Assembly: GCA_965644295.1 (NCBI GenBank)
Contig: CBFFRP010000432.1
Span: 186,001 to 250,000, forward strand
DNA from: Paraphysomonas bandaiensis
Taxonomy: Eukaryota; Protista; Chrysophyceae
Length of the DNA stretch: 64,000 nt
Direction: 5' to 3'
Position 1 is the first letter of the stretch. Each line of letters begins with the position of its first letter. The translations under genes were made by a program, and so were the position numbers. Shown here one piece after another: positions 39,174-50,761 of the stretch. Below the pieces are notes generated by a model. It did no database searches. It had not been told where the DNA came from and was given only the letters and a program-made list of their open reading frames with translations.

Positions 39174-40963
39174 TGCCAAGCAACAAAGAGTAGCAGATGT
39201 AGATTAAAGCAGCATGATATGAATATATTAGAATTTTTGTGAATGATTGCATATTTCACTGCATTATTGGCTTAATACCATGGGTTCGTTTCGATTCTGT
39301 TTGGAAGTTGTAGATAATAAGAGTCAGTCATAAATTCAAAAATATTTTCAAAGTACAGTCACATAATAGGAAAACATGTACACTCTCGGTGACTCAGTGA
39401 ATAGTATTGTGTATAAGCAGTTTGGTTCACACGCAAAATAGCGACTGTAGTTAGCTGTACGTTGTATATTAATCCTACGTCATCAAGGTGGTAAGATAGT
39501 CAACAAAAAATGAATTATTAAGACTTCGCGCAATTATAATAGCTTGCTAGCAACGCATTACAGAACAATGATAGCATAGCGATATCGTTCATGTGACCAT
39601 AGAAAAAAACTGTTGCTATGCATCAGGGCTGTGTAACAATTAATTGGCGCAGGTTGTAGTCTAAAATTGCTAGTAATACTTGCTTGTTAGTAATTGCACT
39701 TAGTAAGAAAGCTTAGATAAACACTTTCAGTAGATAATTATAGATTATAAGAGTTATCATTCCTCGTTCAATGTCATTCTCGAACTCGTGTTATTTCTAG
39801 TACAATCTTACATCGTCACTACCTTGTACAGTCAATATATATTAGTTTCAGTACTACAATAGCTATCATATCATTGGTTCTCAATATACCGTTAGCTACT
39901 TTAGTACTTTGACTAACGGTTATAATTCAAATATATCTTAGAAACTACAGCTTTTAATTTTTCAAAAACAGCAACACACAACATTGCTCTGTATCAACTA
40001 ATTGGTTTTCAATTAATTGAAGAAATTTTACATCAGTTATAATTTCAATTATTATTTGCTGTCCCGATTACAATTACTGGTTGGTGAATCCTCCTATTTT
40101 TTCTTCACTGATCTAAAAACAGGGGGGTTTATGCACTCCTGAAAACCAAGGCAGCTATCGAAGTCATTCAGTGGAGAAGTGAAGGAAGAGAAGCGCTATC
40201 ACTCATAGCATATGAAGATCTAGAGATGTCCTGTAGATCATAGAGTGAGTTTTATCGACAGCTTCATTGACCCCTCTTCCCCATAACACACAAGGGACTC
40301 ATCGCTATATATAGGTACAAGCTAGTTAGGCTGGATAGACATACACGCACAGAGTTAAGTAGATTACTATTTATATCAGTTAACAGTTACTTTTGTTTAT
40401 GCTCTGTAAGCCATTAATATGTTGTCTGGTGTGAGATGGTATCTTAGACAGTCACTGTGTGTAATCAATGTATAATTTATATAAGAACTAGCTACTGGGA
40501 TTAATACCGAAATTGACTAGGTTGAGTCATTTATTACTTTGACTAGTTGATTCCACCAATTTTGATATGACTTGGTTTTTCAACCAAATTGACTTGGTTG
40601 AATTATATTTCCCATTGACAATTATTTGTTACGCAGCCCAGGTATACATATTACATATTGCTACCAGTAGGTTGGTAAATTGGCAACCATTTATTTTAAT
40701 AGAAAACCAAAATATTGTTAAGCAGGCCTGGCTCTTACAAGGTATGTGCCCGCGCACTGTACAACCAAAGAACTACAGCGTTTTCATAATCTGTTTATAG
40801 CACCGTTCCAGCAAATGGGTATGCTATGAAAGCATAAAAAACAAAAACAATCATTCCGCGTGCTACAAAAAGAAAGATATATCTTATTCACATCAAGAGT
40901 AAACATCGAAAAAGTACAGAAAATTCAACACAACATATATCTACAATCATTTTCAATTCCGCA

Positions 40964-43900
40964 TCAAACTAAGCCGCCATATTCATCGTCCTCGGATTCT
41001 ACTTCCTCAGCAAGGGATTGATCCAAGCTAGCAACTAGCGACGAATCCTCTTCATCTATAATAAAATGGGACTCGTACTCTCGATAAGTATGAGTTGACC
41101 ATAAAGCATTCTTGTGTTTTCTATCAAAACATTTACGACAGAACGGTACCTCGCAATTTACGCAATGCACTTCAGCTCTTTCTACATCACATCTGCTGCA
41201 CATTGGAATTTCTCCATCCACTCGCATGCTGCTCTCATCGTCATCAGAGTATTCAAGGTTGTCGTCATCAAGCATGGACGCCCTTCGAACCAGCCTATCC
41301 GTTGCTTGTATCACATGAACAAACCACGTTTCGACAGGGACTACAGTAATATTAATTCTGGAACTTCCTTCAACAGATCCATCAAATGATTTGAATTTAA
41401 TTTCTTTAGTTGACACATTTTGTTCCTGTAGCTCAGCTGCTTTCTCATTCAGATGTTCTTCACAGTAGAACTTTTTGTCATTCTCCAAGCGAGCTATTGC
41501 AAATGCTTTGGGGCCACAAATGTCACAAAACACGGTTTGTGGTGGCTTTTTCCATTGCATTTTCCAAGTATGTGGATTATAGTAGTATGTGTCACCTTCA
41601 GCATCAGTCAATGGCACCCAATGGTTCTTTGCGTCAATATCATAGGATCCCAAACTCTGAGGCTTGTCCCACGAAGTGGTATTTTTCCGAGTGTCCACAT
41701 AGTAGTATGCCTTTAAATTAGCATCAAACCGCTTTTCGTACCTTTTATATGCTCGTTGTCTGAGCACTCTCCGAGCAATCATACAACGAACACATCCCTG
41801 TATCTTGGTGGCAGCCCACTCCTTCATCCTCTCTTTCCGTCGTGCTTCTTGCTCCTCTTCCATTAACCGCTTTTCTTCTTTAGCTTTTTCAGCAGCAACA
41901 GCTGCATCATGCATCTCTTGTTCAACCCGCTTAATCTCCTCCTTCCCTTCCATTTCTATTACCTCATCAGTGGCTATTTCTTTCGCCTCTGGAATCTCCA
42001 TTGGAATTCTCATCTTGTCCGCTTTGCGTAACACTACTTTAATATGGTTCTTGATTCGTTTCTGAAGCTCTTTTTTAAGCTCCTTCTGATAGGGGGTCTC
42101 AGGGTTTAGGAGGGAATGTTTACACTCTGCCATACGAGCTTTCTGTCGCTCTACCTTTTTCAGCTCCCATGAATGGAGCCACTGCTCGATGAAGGCTTCC
42201 TCTGCTTTCTCATTCTTTTCTAGTCGCAATTGTTCCTTTCTCTCTTTTTCGTACATATCAATTCTACGGCGATATGCTATGATTTTCCCCTTCTGAATGG
42301 CAGTTTGGTTTTCATGGAGTCTATCTCTATCGTGCTCCTCCTTTCGTTTCTTAAACCAGTCCTCCAGCTCCTGCCGATATATCCGTTGCTTTCGAAGATT
42401 TTCAGCCTTGTGTTGAACCATTTCCCGCTCTAGCAATTCTTGATCTAATTTTTTCTTCAATTTGTTATAAGCTTTCATTTTTCTAACAAAACGTCTCATG
42501 TAGTTCTGAATACGTGTGGCTGCTCGCAGACTACGCTGCATTTCGAATAAGTGGCGCTGCTTTGCTAGCTGCCTCATACCGGTATCGTAGGCTGCCTCTA
42601 CCTTTTTCTGCACTAGTCGCCTTGCCATCAATCCTCTGAAAGTTTTCTGAATCATAACAGCGGCCCAATCGATATGCATCGTTTCCTTCTTGTACTTGAT
42701 GCGGGATTTCATTGTCCGACCAACAGATTGTATTTGTAGTGCCTTCTTGTTAACTTGAATCATGAGTCGCCTCCGCGCCCTCCCGATGCAACCACGACCA
42801 TACCGCTGTATCACTTGTGACTGCATTTCTTGAATTACAGTCCTCCGCCAGTAGTCAAAGAAATATGCCTGCCTTGCATGGCACCAATGCACAAACATTT
42901 TCACAATAACCCCACGAGCGAGCATTCGCCGCCCACAGTAGCGTCGCCACACATTCAAACTACCACCAAGAATACGAAGTCTCTTACGAGACAAGAATAG
43001 GTCCGCTTCGTTGTCACAGCGAATTTCTCTCCGAAGAGTGGCAATGATCTTAAGAATAGTAGGATGGTAGTAATTGTCCTCTAGCACATACGTGTGAATA
43101 CGCTTATCTACAGGGAACAGAGCACACGTCAATCGCATCATAGTGTTTACCGAATCTACTACCTCTTCGGCCAAATACAGTTGCCGCCTCAAGGTTATCC
43201 TTGAACTTCGTGCCAGATATGAGTTTGTCGAACAATCGAAATGATAACATCATATCATCATAATCGGATGGTGCATTACGAGCGTGAACCATCTGCATAA
43301 GAATACAAATGTATAAGACAAAGTTTCACTCAGAATTCGGGAAAGCATAAAGTCTACGCGTATTACATACCTGAATTGCTTCGAAGTCAGTCTGAACAAG
43401 CTCAAACCAGCAGTCATCAACAATTGATCGGATAGTGGATCTTGAAGATAGAACTACAGGGACCTGAATAATATCCTTTATCGTTGATAACTTGAGTTTG
43501 TCCCTACACTCCATGTCGAGAGATCCCGATGATGCGAATATGGAGTAAGCCAAACGAAGATGCCCGCGCACAGGTTCATCTGCGTGAATTATAAGGGCCA
43601 AAAGGTATAGAAATGCGCGCCAATCCACTTTATCTTCTTCGTCGATGTCGAATGCCGTAAACAAGTTGGACAATTGTACTTCAGTTTTGTTAGACATATC
43701 AAACCCAAATACTCGACGCATTACGATTAAAAACTGTGCTTTAGACATATACTTGGCAGGTTCAGTTCTAAACATTCGTTCATATAGACCTTGATCATAG
43801 CCCCCGATAGAAAAATGTCTGTAATCGAGTCCAAGTGACGCAGTTTTCTTTCGTATCATCTTTTCAAGAATAGCAAGCATCTCAAATTGTCTCTGTTGAA

Positions 43901-44147
43901 ATTCTCTTTGGCGCACATCCTTACTTCTCAAATATGTATGTCTAACTTGTTCCCGATAGGGTTCTGGTAGAGCTCCAATCTTCTTGCGAAGCTTATATAA
44001 ACTGGCCTCCTCAAGAGTGTCAGCTGATTTGGCTGTATGAATCTGCTGTAAATAACTCTTCTCTTTATCAAGTCGTTTATAACCGACATTCACACAAAAC
44101 AATTCATCTTTAATAACTTTAGCTAAATATTCCCTCTGTGGATCCAT
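40964..44147 (-). CDS. EF-hand / IQ-motif / coiled-coil / WW x2 / B-box protein, multi-exon
   Basis: DIDEEDKVDWRAF (EF-hand); IQKTFRGLMARR and IQGCVRCMIARR (IQ); YYYVDTRKNTTSWDKP and YYYNPHTWKMQWKKP (WW); CSRC...CVNC...FCRKC...H...H (B-box). Confidence 0.85.
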
Positions 44148-45258
44148 AATTAATGACAGAGTGTCGCTGTAATAGCGATATATGCGACTAGTTAAGGCGA
44201 TAATACACAGTCATCAGATAATGAGATACGGCACATGTATACCAGTATGAGTTATACTGATATCTTGCACCTACTGTACTCTTAGTGAAAGTAAGGATTG
44301 AATGTAGCAGCTATGAATGAGATGGTCTGGATGTTAGTTACATGTACATGTCCGGCCTGTAGCTGTGTGCTGCATGGAGAGGACGTCTATATATACGTAC
44401 AGCAGCAGTATGTACATGGCATGCTGTATACTGCTGTACATATCATAGACTACAACTAGGATTATAAAACTGCTGTGTATATGAGGGTTTACTGTAGTAT
44501 GAGTGGTATTATTCAGTATTCCACTGTGTACTCGCCGATACTCTGCACTGTAGTACTTATAGATCGGCCTCCAGCAGTACACGTAGACCTGTAGATATAC
44601 TGTATGCATATCTTACTGGTGGTCCCCTAAATTCCATTAGTTTAACTGAAGGGTTGCTGAGACTCGGCCAACAGACGAAAGTGGAGTAATTATTAAACCG
44701 TTCTCTATGCAATTGTACTGCGATTATAATCAATCCTTGTGGTTATTTGCTACAATCAATGCACCAGGCTATAGTCACTTGCATATAGGAACAATCATTA
44801 ATCGTAGAGCCCCTCACAACTTATAGAGAGCAATTTGAATGGAAACTATCACAATATTTTCTGTACTCTAAACACTTTCCTGTAGTTTCGTGTTACTATG
44901 CTCTATCTAGACTGTCTCTGATTATTTCATCGTGAGGCATCATTACTCCTTTCCATACTGACCGTCGAGTTGAATGTTGTTTTGATATAAAATTCACCTT
45001 TGGGCTGTATGAGTGCGATTGATAAAAATCCTTATCTGTTCTATGGAATATGACAGCAACAACAATAGAATTTATTGTTATCAACTGTCATGTATTAGAT
45101 AGCTGTTATAATATTAACTTTGAGCAACAACCTGAGCATTTCACAGGAATATTGGAATATATTATGTTTACCTGAGCTATAACTATGTAATTTACTAAAT
45201 ATAATATGGAAACAAACTATAATGCGCAGTCAAAAATATAGCTATGGTATCATGACGA

Positions 45259-45853
45259 TTGAAGAAGCGTGATTATTGCAACAATACAGAGGATGATGAA
45301 GCTGAAGTTGGATATGCGGAGAAAATTCTTCAATCAGCTCAAAAATTTAAGAAACGGAAAGTTGAAATATCTAAGTACAGGTGCACGAGTCATGTAGTAT
45401 GTACTTCCAATACATGTGAACGCCTGTTCAGCGCAGCAAAACTGATTATATCAGTGCTGCGCAAACGTATGCATCCTACTACACTTAATATGATGTTGTT
45501 TCTGAAAGCTAACTGACAGTTGTGGCCGGATGCAAGCATATTTCAATTAATATTGGATGAATATGGTGATGATGATGTCACCGATGATGGCTCAGAGGAT
45601 GAGTATGAGTAAACTTCTACTCAGTTAAGAGTTAAGAGTAGTGGGTCTGATTATCAAGTGACCTTAGACCTTATAATGACAAGTACTAAAAACTACGAAT
45701 GTTACCTTACTGATTAGTCAAACTAATATATGGCAATATATTGCAATAGTATAGTAGGGCCGGTTTAAAAACTCCATCAATACTATTGATTATTGATGGA
45801 ACGCTATCTAACAATCTAACAATAGTATTGCAGTATATTTTTCCCTATCCCTG
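45259..45853 (+). mobile_element. hAT transposon 3' remnant (dimerisation domain and right TIR), same family as 12435-13579
   Basis: TSNTCERLFSAAK...LNMMLFLKAN followed by a premature TGA. 3' sequence is shared with the element at 13230-13579 and ends ...TATATTTTTCCCTATCCCTG. Confidence 0.85.
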
Positions 45854-45996
45854 GCCTACACTATGGCCACGTCCTCGGAATGGGACACTAGAAATTACAC
45901 CAAATTGACTAGGCCCAATAATGGATACCATTCGTTAATATTAGCATTTAGTATTACTTATTTATTCGAATGAATCCGTGGTACACTTAGGATTTT

Positions 45997-46872
45997 TGTA
46001 ATAACCAGCTATCAGGTTATTCTACTCTACAAGCTCTCTATTGTATATGCTTAAGTTTGTACATACTATCTGTGCAAACATAGATTGAATATTATTATTA
46101 TTACCATAACTCACACTGAGATATATGATGTATTATGACTATGACAATTCATGCTTATTATTGATATTTACATAATCATTCAAAAGACAAAGAGAGACAT
46201 GATTATCAATAATGAGACATAATGATGATACTGATGATGGATGATATATATATATGTTCTTATTATATATATATATTGACTTTAAGGCTGGAGAAGTTTA
46301 CTGGAGAATTCCGGGTTTGATATCCACGCTGATAGATGTGTATTGCCAGATTATCCAGTAATACAGTTATACATTACGTATTTCCTTCAGTGCTTATTGG
46401 GGATTGATTGTACTAAGGAGTACGAATACCAGGCTTCAACTACAAAGAGAATACTGAATGTATCTTCCCTTATACAGTTGTGATGAGTTATTATGATCAA
46501 CTGTGTTAGACTGATGTGTTTGGTATTGAATATGAATGATGTTCATTCCATTGATCACGGAATCGTAGGTAGACATATTTATATTATTGATAATAAGATG
46601 CAATTTCCTTACTCTTGAAATTGCTGGTAGATAGCATTGTAGTTGTAGACATATATTTGTTCATTGTGATTTGATTATATTGTTATTATTATGGAGGAGG
46701 AGACTCTTGATAGCGCACAAGAGTCTACTAAATTCGAGTCAGTGAGAAGGACCCTCAGGCTTATGCTTGGAGGGTTAGACCCTTCCATTGCCAATGCCAG
46801 TGAGGATCAAATCCGGGATATAGGCTTGGCATTTGGGTTGTCTGAGATCGAATCAGAGACGTTGGTGTCTCA
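45997..46872 (+). repeat. 5' LTR
   Basis: TGTAATAACC...GGTGTCTCA; matches 55398-56273 at a constant offset of 9401 with no difference seen by eye. Confidence 0.97.
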
Positions 46873-49800
46873 ATTTTTTAAGGAAATTTCATCTCTCAAT
46901 CAACAAAGTGACGACTTTAGAGAGACAGAAACTCATGAAGCAGACAGTCAAGCAACGACTGTTCCAGAACTGGTGGATCGTCTTAGTAGTCCGGAGGAGG
47001 AACCCTTGTCAGCCCGAAAACCTCTCGCATTCGGTAAGGACGCTATTCAACCATTGAGGGCTCAGGATGATTTTTGTTCATTTGATGCAGATGCGACAGG
47101 AGATAGTCCAGTACATATGGACCCCTTGCCATTCAAGGGACAAAGTAACAGGGAGGATGAGGATAAGGAGTGTCATTACACACCCTTACCTCACGCAGGG
47201 GATGAAGCACACAATGTGCTACATTCCACCTCTGGATTGCAAGGTGTATATAACACCAGCAGACCAGACCAACTAGGTAGAGATGCGGATAGGTGTCAAA
47301 TCTGTCAGCGACTCACAGATCCCAAGCGTCTCACCGCAGGAGGAATATGTTATTATTGCTCGGAAAATCAATGTATCGATTGTAAGGACCAGGTAAATTC
47401 AATGGAAATTCAGGGTGGTCTATGTTATCGATGCCGAGTAAGAAGGGGGATACTCAGATCAAAGAGACCCACCACAGACACATTAGAGAAGTGCATAATA
47501 TTGGGCCATAGAAGATTGCGTCCTCGGCCAGACCTAAACGAGGACACATATATGGAGCATTTGTACCTGGATCGTGGGGCTAGAGACCCTATGGACCTAA
47601 AGATTTCTCTTAACATCCTGCAACAGTACGCAGATCGACGGAGGGTACATACCACCAGATGGTCAAGACAGCGATACACCGCTCATATAGCAGAGCCACT
47701 GCAGCATTGGGAGCAGCAGATTTACATGGCTTGTACAGCTACTGAGGTCACTGATCGTTTACAGGACCACTTTTTTGAGCAAATGAAAATAGCAAGAGAG
47801 AGTTCTGCGGAAGATATTTCTCAGCTTGCCCAACTAGTCTTAAATCGAGGAAACGGCTTGCAATTACCATCAAATGTTCGCGAGTGGTTAAGTAGGCTGA
47901 CAGTTCTTGACAATGTACATGAGTTAGTGGCTGAAGAGCACATTTACGAAACAGCGGAATTGTGTATGGTGCTGAACCAATACCTTGATATAAGAGACAT
48001 GGCTGAAACTATGTGGGAGGAGGCCGATAGCCAACTAATGATGCGCTGCAACCTCCTCAGCAAACAACTCAGTCAGCAAAATAAAAAATTTGGATCTTGG
48101 GAAGAGAGGACCGTTGACTCTGACGATGAGTCATACCACTCCTTCGTCAGCAATGGTAGTCGGGGTTCCTTTGTCAGCAGAGGAAGTCGGTCAGCGGATA
48201 CCAGATCAAGTACATCCCGAGTGTTGAGTTCTAGGGGTTCAAGATCGAATTCCCGTATTTATCCAACTGAAGATGGCAGACTGCTAGACGCACAAGCATT
48301 CGGGTGTCACCTTCAACAAATTGGAGAGCAACACTGGTCACTGCTCTGTAACCAAATGCGATCGTCTAGAGCCATGCGGTTAATGTCTAAAGCATTGCCC
48401 AAAGCTACTCCATGGAGAAGAGAAGTCAAGGAGCCTACTCTCTACATGAAGACTGATGACAAGATGCGTCTAGAGAAAGATCATTCTAATCGATACCCCA
48501 TTGAAAGAGGACTCCGTTTTGCTGTCCAGAAGGCACGTCAGGCCAAGATGGGGCTGAAAGATTTGGTCATACAGACAAAGAATGGTTGGTGTTTTAAGGG
48601 CGGCTTTAAAGAGGAACTGCAACGGTTGTCTTTGAATCGTGTGCCAGAGATATGGGATGACCAGGAGGATAGCCAATTAGCCACTGAATATGAATTTTGG
48701 ATGCGTCGTTGGGTGCATTTCTGCCATTGGGCTATCCGTAATTATTGTCCCGTACAGACCAATGAACAGCGTGCCAAACAGATTGAGGACTGGGCTGCTC
48801 CTGATCTCGCTACGCCTACAGCAGTTATGCAACTATATTATGAACTAAAAGAGGTAGTTGAACATAATACGCCGGATCGCCAGACGGCACAGGTGATGGA
48901 AGAATCTATGCGCCGAGTGGTAGGAAAAGAGCCTGTTTGGGGTAAATCGTTGGTTGCAGCGTACGACAATAAGATCACAAAAATTGAAAGGGCGAAGTCG
49001 ACTGAAAATTGGAGTCTATCATGGGAGGAGGTAGAATCAATCTGGCGAGAGATTCAGGAAGAATTCCAGCAGGGAACGCTGCTATACATTATACGTCCTG
49101 ATGTCCAATCTAGTAAACAACCAGACACAACTAAGGGTGAGGGTGGCTTACGACGACATCACAAAGTTCATGCCGGCATACGCGAGGAACCCAAACCATC
49201 TCTCACACCGATTGAGATTGCGAAGCTTACATGTTCACGATGTGGCCTTCGACATAGTATTAACAACGCTCAATGCCGACGCATCACGAATGGGAAATTT
49301 GACCCACTTGGATTTGTGTCTGAGACACCACGTAACATTGAAAGGAATCGAATATACAATTTTTGGTTGTCCAGATTGAATAAGTATAGCCAACCTTGGT
49401 CTCAGTTGCCTACGGCTCAGAAGGAGGAATTTCAGGCAGCATTTCGGGATTTGACTAGCCGGTGGGATGGAGGGAGTGCTTTGCATACGACATTCATTGG
49501 TGGCGAACGGAAGAAATCTAATTCCATAGCATCAAGTGTTTCTAGTACACCACAAGTACATTGGGCGGATAGTGATGATGACTCTTCTTTCTCTACACTG
49601 GATGACTCTATACCTGCTCACAGTACAGACTCACTTTCCGGTTCACGATCTACTAAGTCAAAATCAAAACCCAAACGAAAGGTTCATGCTGCACAAAAAG
49701 TTCGATACTTAGTGCACACTGTGACACCTAGGGATGAATCTCAAGATACATTATCCATGTTTCGTGTTCTATATGATACAGTTGATGAAACTGGTAAACC

Positions 49801-50761
49801 AGTACAGAGAGTCGGTTGGCACCAGGTGGATCATGGCTCTATGGAGTCCTTGATCGACGAAGAGTGTGCAGCCCTCTTGAATCTTAAGCGAGTACGAATC
49901 CCAAAGAGAGACCGGTACATTATTCGGGGAATAGGTTCACAGGATATCGCTGTGAGTTGGAGAGCTTGTCTTACCTACACTGTTACTGCACAACGGGTCT
50001 TACCTGTGGCAGTGTTGCCGGGAGAGGCACCACTTTTGAACAATGCAAAGGAACCAGTTCAGTTGAAAGCATGGATACCAATTATCCCTAATTGTTCCAT
50101 GAATGTAATCTTTGGAGGTCATGCATTACGACGTATCAAAATGATTGACTTGTTTGATCATAAACTGCTGTTGTTCCAAACTAATGGTATTCAGTATGCA
50201 ATGCCTCAATTCAACTGGAATGAAACTGTTACGCAAATGGCATCAGCTCAGGACCCTGTGGTACAGAAATGTGTTGCACGCCATCTCCGTGAAAACAAAC
50301 CTCAACCTCACAAGGCTGCAGTCTGCATATCGAAACATATCCCACCGCATTCTAAGATGCGGATTCCTGTTCAAGTGGGCAAGGGTGCTCCGTTAGGTGG
50401 ATGGATACAGACTCTGCCAGAGGTTGCAAGGATTAATTCAGGTGATGATGCTAATGAGCCCGTCTTACAATTTGAAGATGCTATTTGTACGGCGAACAGA
50501 CCTTATATATGGGCTTCTAATCATACCGATGATTGGATACATCTACCGGGTAGACCGCGTTTAGTTGTACGACTTCAACCCATATTATTGGGGATGCAGG
50601 TTCATAATCAGGAGACGGTGGAAACTGCTATGAATGGCAGTGTCGAGACGGAGGATACCACTATCATGCCTACTGATGACAAATTCCAGCATTCAGATAT
50701 TTCTATGTTATCTGAAGAGAATCACGAAAATGTCACTAGGCTGGTGTCCTCATCGAAATGA
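46691..50761 (+). CDS. gag: Retrotransposon ORF1: Gag plus aspartic protease-like domain
   Basis: 1356 aa. Four CxxC pairs (47294-47434), knuckle CSRCGLRHSINNAQC (49232-49276), protease-like VDHGSMESLID...IFGGHALRR. Confidence 0.85.
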   Translation: MEEETLDSAQESTKFESVRRTLRLMLGGLDPSIANASEDQIRDIGLAFGLSEIESETLVSQFFKEISSLNQQSDDFRETETHEADSQATTVPELVDRLSSPEEEPLSARKPLAFGKDAIQPLRAQDDFCSFDADATGDSPVHMDPLPFKGQSNREDEDKECHYTPLPHAGDEAHNVLHSTSGLQGVYNTSRPDQLGRDADRCQICQRLTDPKRLTAGGICYYCSENQCIDCKDQVNSMEIQGGLCYRCRVRRGILRSKRPTTDTLEKCIILGHRRLRPRPDLNEDTYMEHLYLDRGARDPMDLKISLNILQQYADRRRVHTTRWSRQRYTAHIAEPLQHWEQQIYMACTATEVTDRLQDHFFEQMKIARESSAEDISQLAQLVLNRGNGLQLPSNVREWLSRLTVLDNVHELVAEEHIYETAELCMVLNQYLDIRDMAETMWEEADSQLMMRCNLLSKQLSQQNKKFGSWEERTVDSDDESYHSFVSNGSRGSFVSRGSRSADTRSSTSRVLSSRGSRSNSRIYPTEDGRLLDAQAFGCHLQQIGEQHWSLLCNQMRSSRAMRLMSKALPKATPWRREVKEPTLYMKTDDKMRLEKDHSNRYPIERGLRFAVQKARQAKMGLKDLVIQTKNGWCFKGGFKEELQRLSLNRVPEIWDDQEDSQLATEYEFWMRRWVHFCHWAIRNYCPVQTNEQRAKQIEDWAAPDLATPTAVMQLYYELKEVVEHNTPDRQTAQVMEESMRRVVGKEPVWGKSLVAAYDNKITKIERAKSTENWSLSWEEVESIWREIQEEFQQGTLLYIIRPDVQSSKQPDTTKGEGGLRRHHKVHAGIREEPKPSLTPIEIAKLTCSRCGLRHSINNAQCRRITNGKFDPLGFVSETPRNIERNRIYNFWLSRLNKYSQPWSQLPTAQKEEFQAAFRDLTSRWDGGSALHTTFIGGERKKSNSIASSVSSTPQVHWADSDDDSSFSTLDDSIPAHSTDSLSGSRSTKSKSKPKRKVHAAQKVRYLVHTVTPRDESQDTLSMFRVLYDTVDETGKPVQRVGWHQVDHGSMESLIDEECAALLNLKRVRIPKRDRYIIRGIGSQDIAVSWRACLTYTVTAQRVLPVAVLPGEAPLLNNAKEPVQLKAWIPIIPNCSMNVIFGGHALRRIKMIDLFDHKLLLFQTNGIQYAMPQFNWNETVTQMASAQDPVVQKCVARHLRENKPQPHKAAVCISKHIPPHSKMRIPVQVGKGAPLGGWIQTLPEVARINSGDDANEPVLQFEDAICTANRPYIWASNHTDDWIHLPGRPRLVVRLQPILLGMQVHNQETVETAMNGSVETEDTTIMPTDDKFQHSDISMLSEENHENVTRLVSSSK

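Noticed and set aside
50759-50761. UGA reassigned to a sense codon genome-wide
   Set aside because: Host ORFs in the window end in TGA (15315, 19813, 40964) and long coding exons contain no in-frame TGA.
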